Origin: Macrostomum lignano
Lineage: Eukaryota
Assembly (NCBI GenBank): GCA_002269645.1
Contig: NIVC01000019.1
Coordinates: 1,302,001 to 1,366,000, forward strand
Reading direction: 5' to 3'
Length of the DNA: 64,000 bases
The notes under the pieces are model-generated. The model worked only from the letters and a program-made list of their open reading frames with translations, made no database searches and was not told where the DNA came from. Both the position numbers and the translations under genes were made by a program. Of this stretch, positions 33,601-46,200 are shown in pieces (positions within the stretch are counted from its first letter, which is position 1; each line of letters starts with the position of its first letter).

Positions 33601-34603
33601 GCATAGATCATATAGACAGTTGCATAGATCATATAGACAGTTGCATGGATCATATAGACAGTTGCATAGATCATATAGACAGTTGCATAGATCATATAGA
33701 CAGTTGCATAGATCATATAGACAGTTGCATAGATCATATAGACAGTTGCATGGATCATATAGACAGTTGCATAGATCATATAGACAGTTGCATAGATCAT
33801 ATAGACAGTTGCATAGATCATATAGACAGTTGCATAGATCATATAGACAGTTGCATAGATCATATAGACAGTTGCATAGATCATATAGACAGTTGCATAG
33901 ATCATATAGACAGTTCTATAGATCATATAGACAGTTGCATAGATCATATAGACAGTTGCATGGATCATATAGACAGTTGCATAGATCATATAGACAGTTG
34001 CATAGATCATATAGACAGTTGCATAGATCATATAGACAGTTGCATAGATCATATAGACAGTTGCATAGATCATATAGACAGTTCTATAGATCATATAGAC
34101 AGTTGCATAGATCATATAGACAGTTGCATAGATCATATAGACAGTTGCATGGATCATATAGACAGTTGCATAGATCATATAGACAGTTGCATAGATCATA
34201 TAGACAGTTGCATAGATCATATAGACAGTTGCATAGATCATATAGACAGTTGCATAGATCATATAGAAACCAAATGACTTCAACATGCTCATAAAAATTC
34301 AAAGATTAAATTCTGCCAAAATGCACTAATTCACTGCAGAACAGCTGCAGCTCAAACCACAGCAGCCACGTGGCAGAAGTTACTGCAGCAACATTCCGAC
34401 TGTTTGCCATTGTTAAACTCAACAGCGAATGGGACGAGAGCTGCTCATTGCCCACGGTACTGCTCAGATGCGTCAGGAGCGGAACCAACTGGCTGAACTG
34501 GCACCCAAACGGAGACGATGATGATGATGGAGCTTCAATGACGCTGGAAACCTGCACTGGAGTCTTCGGCGATGGCCTAATGTTCTACAAAAGAATTGAC
34601 TAA
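27608..34603 (+). CDS. Multi-exon gene of unknown function; C-terminus weakly resembles a catalytically dead USP-type fold
   Basis: Exon 27608-28008 has strong GC3 bias and a GTGAGT donor. Exons 32251-32366, 32588-32838 and 34340-34603 join in phase (2/1/0) into a continuous protein ending FRLFAIVK..NWLNW..GLMFYKRID*. Candidate internal exons 28890-29003 and 31569 to ~31820 are uncertain. Confidence 0.55.
28015..28872. repeat. 23-bp minisatellite (CCTGTCAGGTTTGGGTTCCGGAG)n
   Basis: About 37 units starting immediately after the donor at 28009. Confidence 0.96.
29395..30315. repeat. CT-rich low-complexity tract with an internal block duplication
   Basis: Nearly pure C/T sequence. Confidence 0.93.
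30716..30769. mobile_element. 54-bp hAT-like miniature inverted-repeat element
   Basis: 20-bp TIRs CAGGGACCACTAGGAGCTAC / reverse complement CAAAGACCACTAGAAGCTAC (17/20), 14-nt spacer, flanked by the 8-bp direct repeat GTGAGGCA (30708-30715, 30770-30777). Confidence 0.6.
30835..31495. repeat. 33-bp GATC-rich minisatellite (GATCAGGATCCGATAGATCAACTAGATTCAATA)n
   Basis: About 19 units. Confidence 0.93.
31966..32222 (+). mobile_element. tRNA-derived CORE-like SINE, family 1
   Basis: A-box-like TAGTAGTGG, B-box GGTTCGATTC, then TTTGAGCAAGACACTTAAACTCTGCATTGCTTCAGTTCACCCAGCTGTAAAATGGG resembling the MIR CORE; A-rich tail. Confidence 0.8.
32531..32563. repeat. Interstitial telomeric repeat (CCCTAA)5
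   Basis: Reverse complement of (TTAGGG)n, flanked on both sides by CTCGGA. Confidence 0.85.
32865..34266. repeat. 21-bp minisatellite (ATAGATCATATAGACAGTTGC)n
   Basis: About 67 near-identical units in intron 32839-34339. Confidence 0.97.
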
Positions 34604-34999
34604 AACACTGGAGACTGGAGATGTAAAGAAGGACAGGTAAAAGTAAGACGCAGGATTTCTGAAGGAATTAAAGAGAACTAAGGTTAAAGGAATCGTATTT
34701 TCACAAGATTCACAATTGATTGACAACCTCTCAGCCCCGTCGATCATCTAGACTTCCATTTTATTTCTAGAACTGCATCGCACCAAAGCCAGCATGAAGC
34801 CTGAGAATCAACAGTGCAGCTGTTTGCTGCGTTTTCCACTGCAAAATAAATGCACAATACAAAAACCTACACTGTACGGGTTTTATGGGGTGAAAGAATT
34901 CAACCCGGAAGCTTCTTGAGCTTCATTGTACAAGCTATATCGATTTCCTCTGCTTTATTGATTTCAGCAATTGTGTTACAATCATTGCAGAGATAGAGG

Positions 35000-35445
35000 G
35001 AAGGCAGAGAGAGAGACCTAGGGAGAGAAGGAGAGAGAGGAGAGAGGGAGAGGGAGTGAGGGGAAGGGAGAGAGGGGAGAGGGAGAGAGGGGAGAGGGAG
35101 AGAGGGAGAGAGGCAGAGAGAGTGGGGGAGAGGGGGAGAGGGGGAGAGGGAGAGAGAGTAGAGGGAGAGAGGGGAGAGGGAGTGAGGGGAAAGGAGAGAG
35201 GGGAGAGGGAGAGAGGGGAGAGGGAGAGAGGGAGAGAGGGCAGAGAGAGTGGGGGAGAGGGGGAGAGGGGGAGAGGGGAGAGAGAGTAGAGGGAGAGAGG
35301 GGAGAGGGAGTGAGGGGAAGGGAGAGAGGGGAGAGGGAGAGAGGGGAGAGGGAGAGAGGGGAGAGAGGGCAGAGAGAGAGAGAGAATGGGGGGGGAGAGG
35401 GGGAGAGGAGAGAGGGCAGAGGGGGGCAGGGGAGGGAATAAGAGA
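35000..35445. repeat. GA-rich low-complexity tract
   Basis: Nearly pure purine sequence. Confidence 0.92.
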
Positions 35446-36131
35446 GCAGAGGCCTGACACTGCAGCGTGAGACACTGAAAGCCGGATAAACAGCGGCAAA
35501 GGGAGCCACAAGAAGACATGACTGCAGCAAGCAGAGATGGCGGATGGGCAGACATGAGCAGGTCAGACCAGCGCTACTGCAGAGGGTGCAAAGTGACGGG
35601 CTGAGTGAAACCTGGCAGGAATACTGAAAGCAGTAGACACTGCAGCCGTCCCTAAATTGAAGAGGCTGTGTAAGTCGGGCTAATCAGGATGCAGGTAAGC
35701 GACGTCGCGGACACAATTTCAGCAGCGCGGGATCGGGATCCCAATGGCTGATTACTTGAGACAGACTTGAGAAGGCGAAGCCCAGAATGAAATTGAAATT
35801 CTATTGCCCTCAATAGTGGTCACGCGATGGGAATAAATTCCCGCCTTCCCCAGCTCCCTAACCCCGCTGTTCTACCCCGAATTAATTTCCTTTCCTTTTC
35901 AAGCTGACACGGTGTCACGTGCTCGCCGCCCCGGCTCAAGGCAGCCAAAGTAATAAAATCCAGGCACTGTTAATCCTTTCATTGGCTGCCCTGACAGAGG
36001 CTCTGGGTAATTCAACTGGGACGAATGCTAATTATTTAAATCGTCTTCTTTCAATCAAATTGCCACAGGCGTCTAATCCGCCTCCCACCTGGCCTCTTAA
36101 TCTCCCAGATTCTCTTGTCTGTCAAAGCAAC

Positions 36132-36565
<434 letters not shown>

Positions 36566-36811
36566 ATAGATATTTGTTATTATTGTATTTAGACTAATGA
36601 AAAATTGCAAAATTGACAATATATTTATTACAATCGAAGCAGCAGACGCTATCATTGCTACTGAATGAAAGAAGCGAGTAAGTACGAGCGTATGAAGTAA
36701 TAATAATTTTTATGCTCATGACGTCACGAAATTTAACTGAATGTACGACAAAACTTGATGGCTCCGAAATTTTCTTTCTGAAATTTTGTCGGAAATTTCT
36801 GAGGTCGACCT

Positions 36812-37045
36812 GACATGCTGTAGCTATGTCTGTAGCTATGCTGTCAATGCTGTAGCTATGTCTGTAGCTATGCTGTCAATGCTGTAGCTACGTCTGTAGC
36901 TATGCTGTCAATGCTGTAGCTACTACTGTAGCTATGCTGTCAATGCTGTAGCTACTACTGTAGCTATGCTGTCAATGCTGTAGCTAAGTCTTTAGCTATA
37001 CCGTCAACGGTGTAGCTACGTCTGTAGCTATGTCTGTTAGCTTCT
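36812..37045. repeat. ~32-bp repeat (TGCTGTAGCTATGTCTGTAGCTATGCTGTCAA)n
   Basis: About 7 units built from TGTAGCTA submotifs. Confidence 0.85.
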
Positions 37046-37236
37046 ACTGTCAATACTACGAGCAAGTAATTTCGCAACGTTTTAAATCAATATTTTATCT
37101 TTCACAAATATCAACTGTATGCTGATATGTGAATGTGTGAGCTTGTAAAACTTTGGGATTGAGAAATATTTTTAAAAATGATATGAGCAATAAAAAACAA
37201 GCTCATTAAGTCAAAACTCCAGTTTCCAGAAGCGTT

Positions 37237-40200
37237 TCAGAGCATCGCTGCCGTCTCGGTCTCAATCTCGACGCCTGCAGCTGCCTCCCCCGATGCCGCC
37301 GCCGTCCCCTCCAAGTCGGCAGCGCGCCGCCTCCGCCTGTGCCGGTTGCGTCTCGACGTCACCGGAAACCGGAAGTCGTCCAGCGTGGCGGGACGCGCGG
37401 CGCGAACTCGCGGCCGGACAACTTGGCTCGGCAGGCCGCTTTCGAGCCCGAGCTGCACCCCGCCAGTCTCGTCTTCCAGCTGCAGCCACAGCGACTGGTC
37501 GGGCAGAATCTGCAGCCGACCCGAGTAGAAATAGCCCAGCGCCTGGCGGGTCAGGTTGAAGCAGAGCTCGTACTCCGTCTGCGGGTTTTGGGTGGCGCCT
37601 AAGAAGTTTGAGCAATACATTTTGCTTAGAAAAAGCAAAATCTTTTTAATCTGCATGAGCCCCAAGCACAGCCCAATCAACTCCATTAGGTACATAAGCC
37701 AATTCAGGCCTTCAATGTACGCACGCTCCGAACCCAGTCAAACCAATTCTTCAATGTACGCACTCTCCGAAACCAGTCAAACCAATCCTTCAATGTACGC
37801 ACGCTCCGAACCCAGTCAAACCAATCCTTCAATGTACGCACTCTCCGAACCCAGTCAAACCAATTCTTTAAATGTACGCACGCTCCGAACCCAGTCAAAC
37901 CAATTATTCAATGTACGCACGCTCCGAACCCAGTCAAACCAATTCTTCAATGTACGCACGCTCCGAACCCAGTCAAACCAATTCTTCAATGTACGCACGC
38001 TCCGAACCCAGTCAAACCAATTCTTCAATGTACGCACGCTCCGAACCCAGTCAAACCAATTCTTCAATGTACGCACGCTCCGAACCCAGTCAAACCAATT
38101 CTTCAATGTACGCACGCTCCGAACCCAGTCAAACCAATTCTTTAAATGTACGCACGCTAAGAACCCAGTCAAACCAATTCTTAAAAAAAAGTACGCACGC
38201 TAAGAACCCAGTCAAACCAATTCTTTAAATGTACGCACGCTAAGAACCCAGCCAAACCAATTCTTTAAATGTACGCACGCTCCGAACCCAGTCAAACCAA
38301 TTCTTTAAATGTACGCACGCTAAGAACCCAGTCAAACCAATTCTAAAATGTACGCACGCACTACTAACAAGTCGTAAAGCATTCGCATTTAAGGGGCTGG
38401 CCACACATACGAGCACAGTCTCACCGAATTTTCAACCAAGTGCGGCCGGTTCCGCTTCACCTTCTCCACCGCGCGGAAGATGTCGATTTCGCCTTCAAAC
38501 CGCAGCTTGTCCATGGTCATGTGCAGCACGCAGAACGGGCCGCAGCGAGAGACGCCGTTACTGTTTCGAATGGGAGACGAGTTTTGGAAACCAAAGAAAA
38601 AAATCGATCATTATTCGATTCTTGGCACTCGTGAAATTTAAGAAGCAAGAGTTGTTCTTATATTGACAAATCTGTCAGCGGGCTGATTTCCGAGAAAGGC
38701 ACGCCCCTCCTATGGCGGCAACTCGCAAAGCATCTTGCAGACGCAATGCGAGCGATACAGCCAAGCAAGGCAGGCGTTGCATTTGGAAGGCAGCTCTGCT
38801 CTGGAATCTTGCGCCAACATTAATTTAAGGTTCGGGCCACATAAATTGGCGGTGTGATTGACGCCAATGAGGGCCGACTTCAAAGGCACGGAGTGTTGGT
38901 CACAAGCCTCTGGCTGCTAACTGATTAACTGACTTAGCTCCTGGGAAAAAATCCTGGATGAGGTGACTTTGTTTCCTGTTTGACCAAACTTTCTTAATTA
39001 TAGTTTGCTAAGAAACGGTTCAATTATGTTTTAGATTAGAACCAGAGTTAGTATAATTACTGCGTTGAGAAAGTTGTGCGCTATTGTAGTTGAGCACACA
39101 ATATGCCGAAAAACCACCCACCGGATGTCATAAATGCATAATACGAGTAGACATTTGTCAGGAGAGTTAGCCTGTGATCTGCCTGACGACCCACTCGCTG
39201 CGACTGAAAATTTATGAAGCAAAGTAAAATGAAGGCCTGTCTTGGCTGCCTGCTTTTTCTGGTCACCTGTCTGGTGCAGCGAGAGCGTCTCAGCCGTGTT
39301 GGAGCTGGTGACCAGCGGTTGTCCTGCGGTCCCGCCTGAAGCTCCACCAGCGACCGCGGCGAGCGACTCCGAATGCGCACTTCGCTGCACACTGGACTCT
39401 GGGTGCCGGATGCCTCTCTACCTATCTGAGTCAGCTGACGCTGGCAGGTGCAACGCCGAACTGATGATCATCAGACGAAAACTGCCGCTGGCGTCAACTG
39501 ACTTGACAACTTCTGCAACTCCCAGCTTCTGGTCGAAAGTTCAGCTATTCTAAAACTTCAAGAAGGGCTTCAAGAACCTCGCTAATCCGGCTCTGTACCC
39601 GGCCCAGCCAGTGAACATCTCCGAGCGGAATGGCATCGATAGGATCCGCCTGTCGGGCTCGAGCAGTTCCTATGTGAGCGTATCGACGCCAGGGTACGAC
39701 CAGCACTTTTACTATGGACAGAAATTTGCCTTCTTCTTTCAGGGAAAGTTCTTGTCGAATCCAATGTAAGCAATGGGTGCTGTTATGAAACTTCTTCAGC
39801 ATGTGACTAGCAATCAGCGCCCCGTTGGGGAACCAAGAAAGAATGGAATAATTTTTTGAATAAACTATATGTAGGTTTCGACCTCTCAGCCTTGAAATCT
39901 CAGCAATTACCCCCCCCCGTTAAGCCTTGACGCATCAGAAATCCCCTCAGTAAGCTTTGATTTGACATCCCAGCGATTCCCCTTATAAGCCTTTACTTGT
40001 CTGTATAGCACTTTAATTATTCAAGTATAACAAAAAGCTACAATTCTAACTGGTTAATCAACTTTAATGTCACTATTTAATCCTAGTGAAGACTTTTTTC
40101 TCATACGGAACAGACGTGTACAGACAGTGAGTTAGCAATCCAGCGCTGGGTTCTGCCGGACAAGTCATCAGCTTCGGAATCAACTTTAACGGTGTCAGCT

Positions 40201-43200
40201 TTGACAGTCAGGCCTTTTTCAACGGTTCCACGCTGAACAATAAATATCTGAGCTTTAAGATACGTACAACAAACTCGACTTGGCTCACTATTCACAATGA
40301 CCTGTTGATAGGCCGGTGCTTGACAATGGGAATTGAACCCTACGATGGCTGGCTGCAGTGCTGGAGCCTGCTCACTAACAACCTCAGCATGGAGCAGTTT
40401 GAACAGCTGCGCGGATTCTGCAACTCTTGACTGGCAGATGAGTCGATGCAAGAGAATCAACTGATCGCCGATCGATGCGTCAGTGATCGAATGTCTAAGG
40501 AAATTACTCAGTAAACTTAATCACGCACCAATTAATCAAAATAATCTACTGCTTAACATAAACAGACAAATTGTTGTCCTTTGTGACGTTGTCCCCTGTG
40601 ACGTTGTCCCCTGTAACGTCCCCTGTGACGTTATCCCTTGTGACGTTGTCCCCTGCGACATTGTCATCTGGGATGTTGTCTATACCTCTCATGACTCGCT
40701 TGACTGGTTGACAACCTATTTTGTTGTTGTTAACATAACTATACGACCGACTGTTTCGATAAATTTTGCAATCAATCGTTAGTTTAATGTCACACTTAGA
40801 CGTGTTCATGTGCTGCAAAAATGCGCTATCAATGACTCTTAGGTGATCCCAGGCCATGGAATCAACTGCAGCGAGATGAAAGCTCATTTTACTCACCTGC
40901 TCACAACCAGGATGGGGCTGGTGCACTCCATGGCTTGGTTTGTCTCTTCAGCCAGGCAGACCAGCTCCAACAGGCCGTGTCCGGAAGCGGGCGCGCGAGC
41001 TCCGGCAGGCCAGCTGGCGCCGTCCAGGCAAAGAAAGGCCACGTGACGGGCCCGCTGCGAGAGGCCGGTGCTGCAGCTGCCTGCCTGCTGCTCAGGATTG
41101 AAGGCGGCGGCTTGCATTGGTTTTAAGCTCTCTTGGACGGGCACATGGAGTGATGATGACTACTGGTGCGTGTGCATTGTGGATTGTGGTGGTTGGTGCT
41201 GGATTTTAATTGGGCTGTGCAATCTCTTAAGGGTTTGCTAAAGCTCCGCTGTATACACACAAAAACCTAGGTGGCATTCTTTTCTGATCACCTTGGCAAC
41301 CGCGTGCATGCGAACCCGGATGCTGGTGCCGACGCTGAACTGGTCCTGCAGGATCACGTAGACAGAGCCGTAGCCAGTCTCTTCGTTCCTGGCGTTCGGC
41401 CAGAATCTGGGATAGCTCTGATTGATGGGAGGTCGGTTGCAGGTGCTATGATTTATTGATTATTTAGTGTTGCTTTGCCAGGTCAGTTTTGCTACCTAAA
41501 ACCCACGACAGGCAGGGGCGTAGCCGAGTGGTCTAGCACGGCGCCCAGGCTCGCTTCCATAACACACATTAATTTGGCGCTGAATTCGAATCTCGTCTTG
41601 GCTCTGCTCGTGCAGTAACGCACTTGAGGCCCAAACCCCCAAGTCACAGTAAAGTGTACATGCCTAATAACATGCCTAATAATAAGTTAGGGCCGCTGTA
41701 CACTCCTGTGTGAGTGTGTGCCTGTGCATATGACTGCGTACGTATCCGCGCGCTTGTGTCTGCTCACTGGAGTCGTCGGAATTGGCAGCAATGCCTCTCG
41801 CCGGTTGTGTGACAATGTCGCTTAAAGTGCGCCAGGGTGCACACAGCCTCCCTGTCTCTAATGGAGAACCACGACACGCAGGGTCATCGCGTTATGAAGG
41901 TCTGGAAAGACTTTGCAGACAAAATATGAGAGGCAAAGGGGATGTCAACTTAAGCGCTGGAAACGGAACCCAAAGCAAGGCTCCAGACCAAACCGACTGG
42001 AATCGATAACTGGTCGGACCAGGTGACTAGAATCTCCGAGACATCCCATCCGGCTCCCTTCCTTGTGGTCCCAGTGGATAAAGGGGATAAAAGGGGATAA
42101 AACACTGTAAAATGTAAATTCAACACAACTAGGTTCGAGAATTCACCCTTGAGTTATTGGAATAGTCCACAAGCAGCACGACCACCGCCACGTGATGATC
42201 GTTGACCAGCTTCCAGAAGTCGCATATCGTGTTCCGCAGCGGCCACTGGGTGACAATGTACTGGTTTGACCTGGTGTGACCCTGAAATTTGGCGGTGGGT
42301 GACAGCTGGCAGAGTTTTCAGTTCTGCGATGCGGTTCCTAGAAAAATAATACCGATTGCTCACGTCGATGTACACGGCATTGATAAAATCGGTGCTTGAG
42401 GCGCAGTCGTGTGTCAGCAGGTAGGGTCTGGCTCGCTCCGCTGAAAATATGAGTGCACGCAGGCAGCCGTATAGCTGGCTGATAGACCGGACTGGTTCAC
42501 CCTAGCAACCCAGTCTATAGCCCCAGTAAGTGCAAACTAAACACAAGTGACTTGCAGTTGATCCGCTGGCAGATACGGAAAGTTTGACCTAATTTGACCC
42601 CGGTAATCAGACATAAATTGAACCCATAGTAGACACAGGCAGGACTCAATTGATACACTTTGGCTGAAAGTAGTGATACTTTACTACAGCATTAAAGCTG
42701 CACTTTTGTGCATGACCTTGGAATGAAATTTGGCAGGGATGCATGCTCTGAGATATTGATGAATCAAAAATCAATAAATTTACTCCGATGCTCCACAAAG
42801 TGAATATGGCGTGTCGCTCTAGCCCCTTCCTTAGAGTGCATATCCATGGTTAGCGTTTGCTCGGAAACTGCTCAATTTTTGCTTGTTTGAAGTCTGGCCT
42901 TTTAACCAATTTTAAAATTTTACAGACAGACTCATTTAGTACACTTTGGCTTAATGTGCACCTTACCAGACCCAGCTCTAGGTCATCGCATACACAGCCT
43001 AACTGACCATCCCCAACGCCAGCCTCTTTAAGCTCGGCGACCCGCGCGCGCAACAATTTAAAGACTCTGACGCGGCTGCACCATGACGTCGCGGCTTTTC
43101 CACCGATTCTCGGCCCGATGCCCGCCGGCGCACTCCCCGACGCTGAGCGGCTTCACGATGGCCGTCAGATTGGCGAACTCCAGTTGGAAGCCGTTCTGCT

Positions 43201-46200
43201 GCGAGTTGTCGGTTCGGAAGTGGGCGGATGAGTGAGGAGACACAAAAGAAGGGTTAATCCCTGGTTTTAAGCAAAGATAAGAGAGCGGACAGGTTTCCCG
43301 ACATTCTATCTTAGAATCCAAGCAGACATATGCATCAGCCATAAAATCACGCGGCCCCTTCGTGGTCCTTCTAGAATTCATCAGCCCCTCCCCTGCCATG
43401 TAGCAGAGGTTGTAGCACAAAAATTCCACAATTCCATTTCAATACAAGATCTCGCGAAATTGAATGGTTGTTTCGAGGAAATCTGTAGTATTAATTGGCC
43501 TTACCAAGCCTTTATAATTTCAGGCACTTAGTTTCGAATCGATCGATGCGTTGACTTTGATGGAAAGTACCCTTAGGCTATTTGTAACTGCATAAGTCCG
43601 TTCAGTGACAGCAAAAATATTCGTAGTATCAGTAAGTTGCAATAATTTGGGGCTCGTTCTGGATTATTCCCCCTTGGTTATGAAAAGACGCATGCAGGAA
43701 CTTACTGTGGATTTTGCCGATTTCTTCTTAGCCGAAATTATTGCGGCGTTAGTCGACGATGCGGCGGCCGCATCCGACGACAGCCGCTCCACCAGTTGAG
43801 CAAACTCAAACGCTTTAATTGTGGTTGGCCGGCAGGTGATGAAGCTGCAGATTGTCTCATAGATGAAGCGATATTGGTGCATGTTGCCAACCAGTCCTGA
43901 TCGGGCTTTGCGCAGAGCCAGCGTCTGCTGCAGAATGTCAACTGGCTTGCCGTTCTCCACCTTGCTGATCTCGATGTCGATGCAGATGTACGTGCCCGTG
44001 CGGCCGGCCCCGTCGCTGCGGAATTTATTGTTTACGACATGCAACGACGGTCCTCCAGTTTCACGTGGATAGTGTGAAACCATCAAAGATTGTTTGATTG
44101 TTAATAATAATGATAATAATTGATGTGCAACCGACAGCTCAGCCGCATCTGAAGGCTGCGTACGGCTGTTCAGTTCAAGGACTGGGGAGTCGCAACACAC
44201 ACCCTCAATTACCCCAGCTAATGCTGGCACCCATTTTACAGCTGGGTGAACTGAAGCAATGCAGAGTTGAGTGTCTTCATCAAGGACACAGATTGTTCCC
44301 AGTGGGTCGAGAATCGAACTTCCGACCTTTCAGTCATGAGAGAAATTACCTTTGCCTTTTCCATACGTACACACTGGGGCCATTCATAAGAAATCAAATT
44401 TAAACAGAAATCTCACCTTAAAAATTAAACATGGACAAGCACTTCCATATATGGACATCTGATTTATTGAGCAAATATGATCTATGCAGTCTATCCTAGA
44501 GTGGTGTAGGATAAAATTGATGATAAGTTGTTTTGATTACATTGATTAACTGCATGGAAGCCTTCTGATTAAATGTCCTTGTCTTAGAAAGGATTACCCT
44601 GCAAGGGTAGGCTAATCTCCTTCCAGCCCTTTGGATTTGCGAATTAACTGCCGGGCCTCTCTAAGGCGTGAGGAATCGGAGCCAACAAGACAAAGAATAA
44701 ACTCGGATCAACCATTCGGAGCACGCTTGAGAGGCTGCGACAAGACAAGCAAAAACATAAAAAATGTTTTGACAAGAAGAAACTGTAATTAACCAGTCTG
44801 AAGCCCCTGAGCAAGTGCATTGATTAAATGAAGACAAGCTGCGGTAAAAATGGCCGCACCTGCAGTGCACCACAATGGGCGCGTCCTTGCCACGCATCCA
44901 GTCGTTGACTTTACGCCGAATTTCAACCACGGTGGTTGGCAGCGGCGTGTCGAAGTGACTCCAGTTCTTGAACTGGAACTGCCTGATGATCCTGGCCTGG
45001 CTGCTGTCCTCGCCCTGGACGCCCAGGCAGAAGCGATTGTTTTCGTTTCATATTTGGTAACTCTCGATAAAAATGCAAACATTTCAGCTCACCATCTGCA
45101 GCCTGAACAGGCGCATCTCGTATTCGGCTGTTGAGTACAGTTCGTCAAGCCAGACGTCCAGGCTGTTGAATCTGGCGTGGACATTGTGCCAGTACTTGTC
45201 GCACTGTTGCTGATGAATGTGAAATCATGATGGGATCGTGGACATTGTGCCAGTACTTGTCGCACTGTTGCTGATGAATGTGAAATCATGGTGGGATCGT
45301 GGACATTGTGCCAGTACTTGTCGCACTGTTGCTGATGAATATGAAATCATGGTGGGATCGTGGAAACTTTTAATTGTTGCGATGCGGCAATTTAACTACA
45401 GAAGTACTGCTTCCGCGGTACCTTATAATTAGCCTGACGGACTTCTTCGTTCGATAATGTTCTACCTGTTGAAAATTATCTCAAAGTCTTGTTGCCATTT
45501 GAGTCTGCTCATAGGTTTGAAGCTTATTCTATGATGTACCGAACTGTCAATTTAAAACCACTTTCTTGCAAACAAACACTGTACACGTCATCCAGGCACG
45601 ATGTGGGCGAGTGTTCAAGACTCAGGACCAGGCAGTAAGCGCTGAATAAAAAGTTCGCCCAGAAGTTTGATGGATTTTCTTGAGTTGCAACACCGACGGA
45701 AGGAATTTTCCAGAAATGTGAAATAGCAAAAGGAATTAATGAATTTTTTCATGCAAATTGAAAGGCTAAATTTTTTGAACCGGAGAAGGACAAATCGGTC
45801 TCTGGAGCCGCGTGAACTCTGCGGTCGTCTCTAAGAGAGCTGGAGTCTGGCCGCATACTCAGGGGAATAGCGGGAGTCAGACTTGGCGCAAACCATATGG
45901 CTCAGTTAGCAGCTCCTGTCACTTCTGAAGTCCGGCGTGACGAGCTGAGCTCTGACTCGGATCGAACCGCGCCTTCAACTCAAAACCATGAAAGAGTAAA
46001 GTCAAGTGCCCGGACCTGAGCACGGCCAAATCCATATGGACTCAACTTCTCGCTTTCTTTTTCTCGAATACCAACCACTGTACATGGTGCAAATAGTTCC
46101 CGCCATCACAGCTAATTTCTCATAGAATCAGACATACCCTGGCGTGCTCAAACAGGTTGGTAGTCATGACGATGCACTGTACTCGATATTGCCACACCAT

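Noticed and set aside
32814-34294. 470-490 aa ORFs in three frames
   Set aside because: The 21-bp unit is stop-free in those frames; the array lies between phase-matched exons and the upstream exon frame stops at 32856.
37579-37695. 5' extension of the last PTP exon suggested by the ORF track
   Set aside because: The upstream exon ends in phase 0 at LVENS, and the acceptor at 37578 restores the conserved xxYxxCF motif.
39551-39553. TAA read as Tyr (alternative flatworm code or readthrough)
   Set aside because: That code is mitochondrial; this is nuclear DNA, TAA is used as a stop at 34601-34603, and the locus has other lesions.
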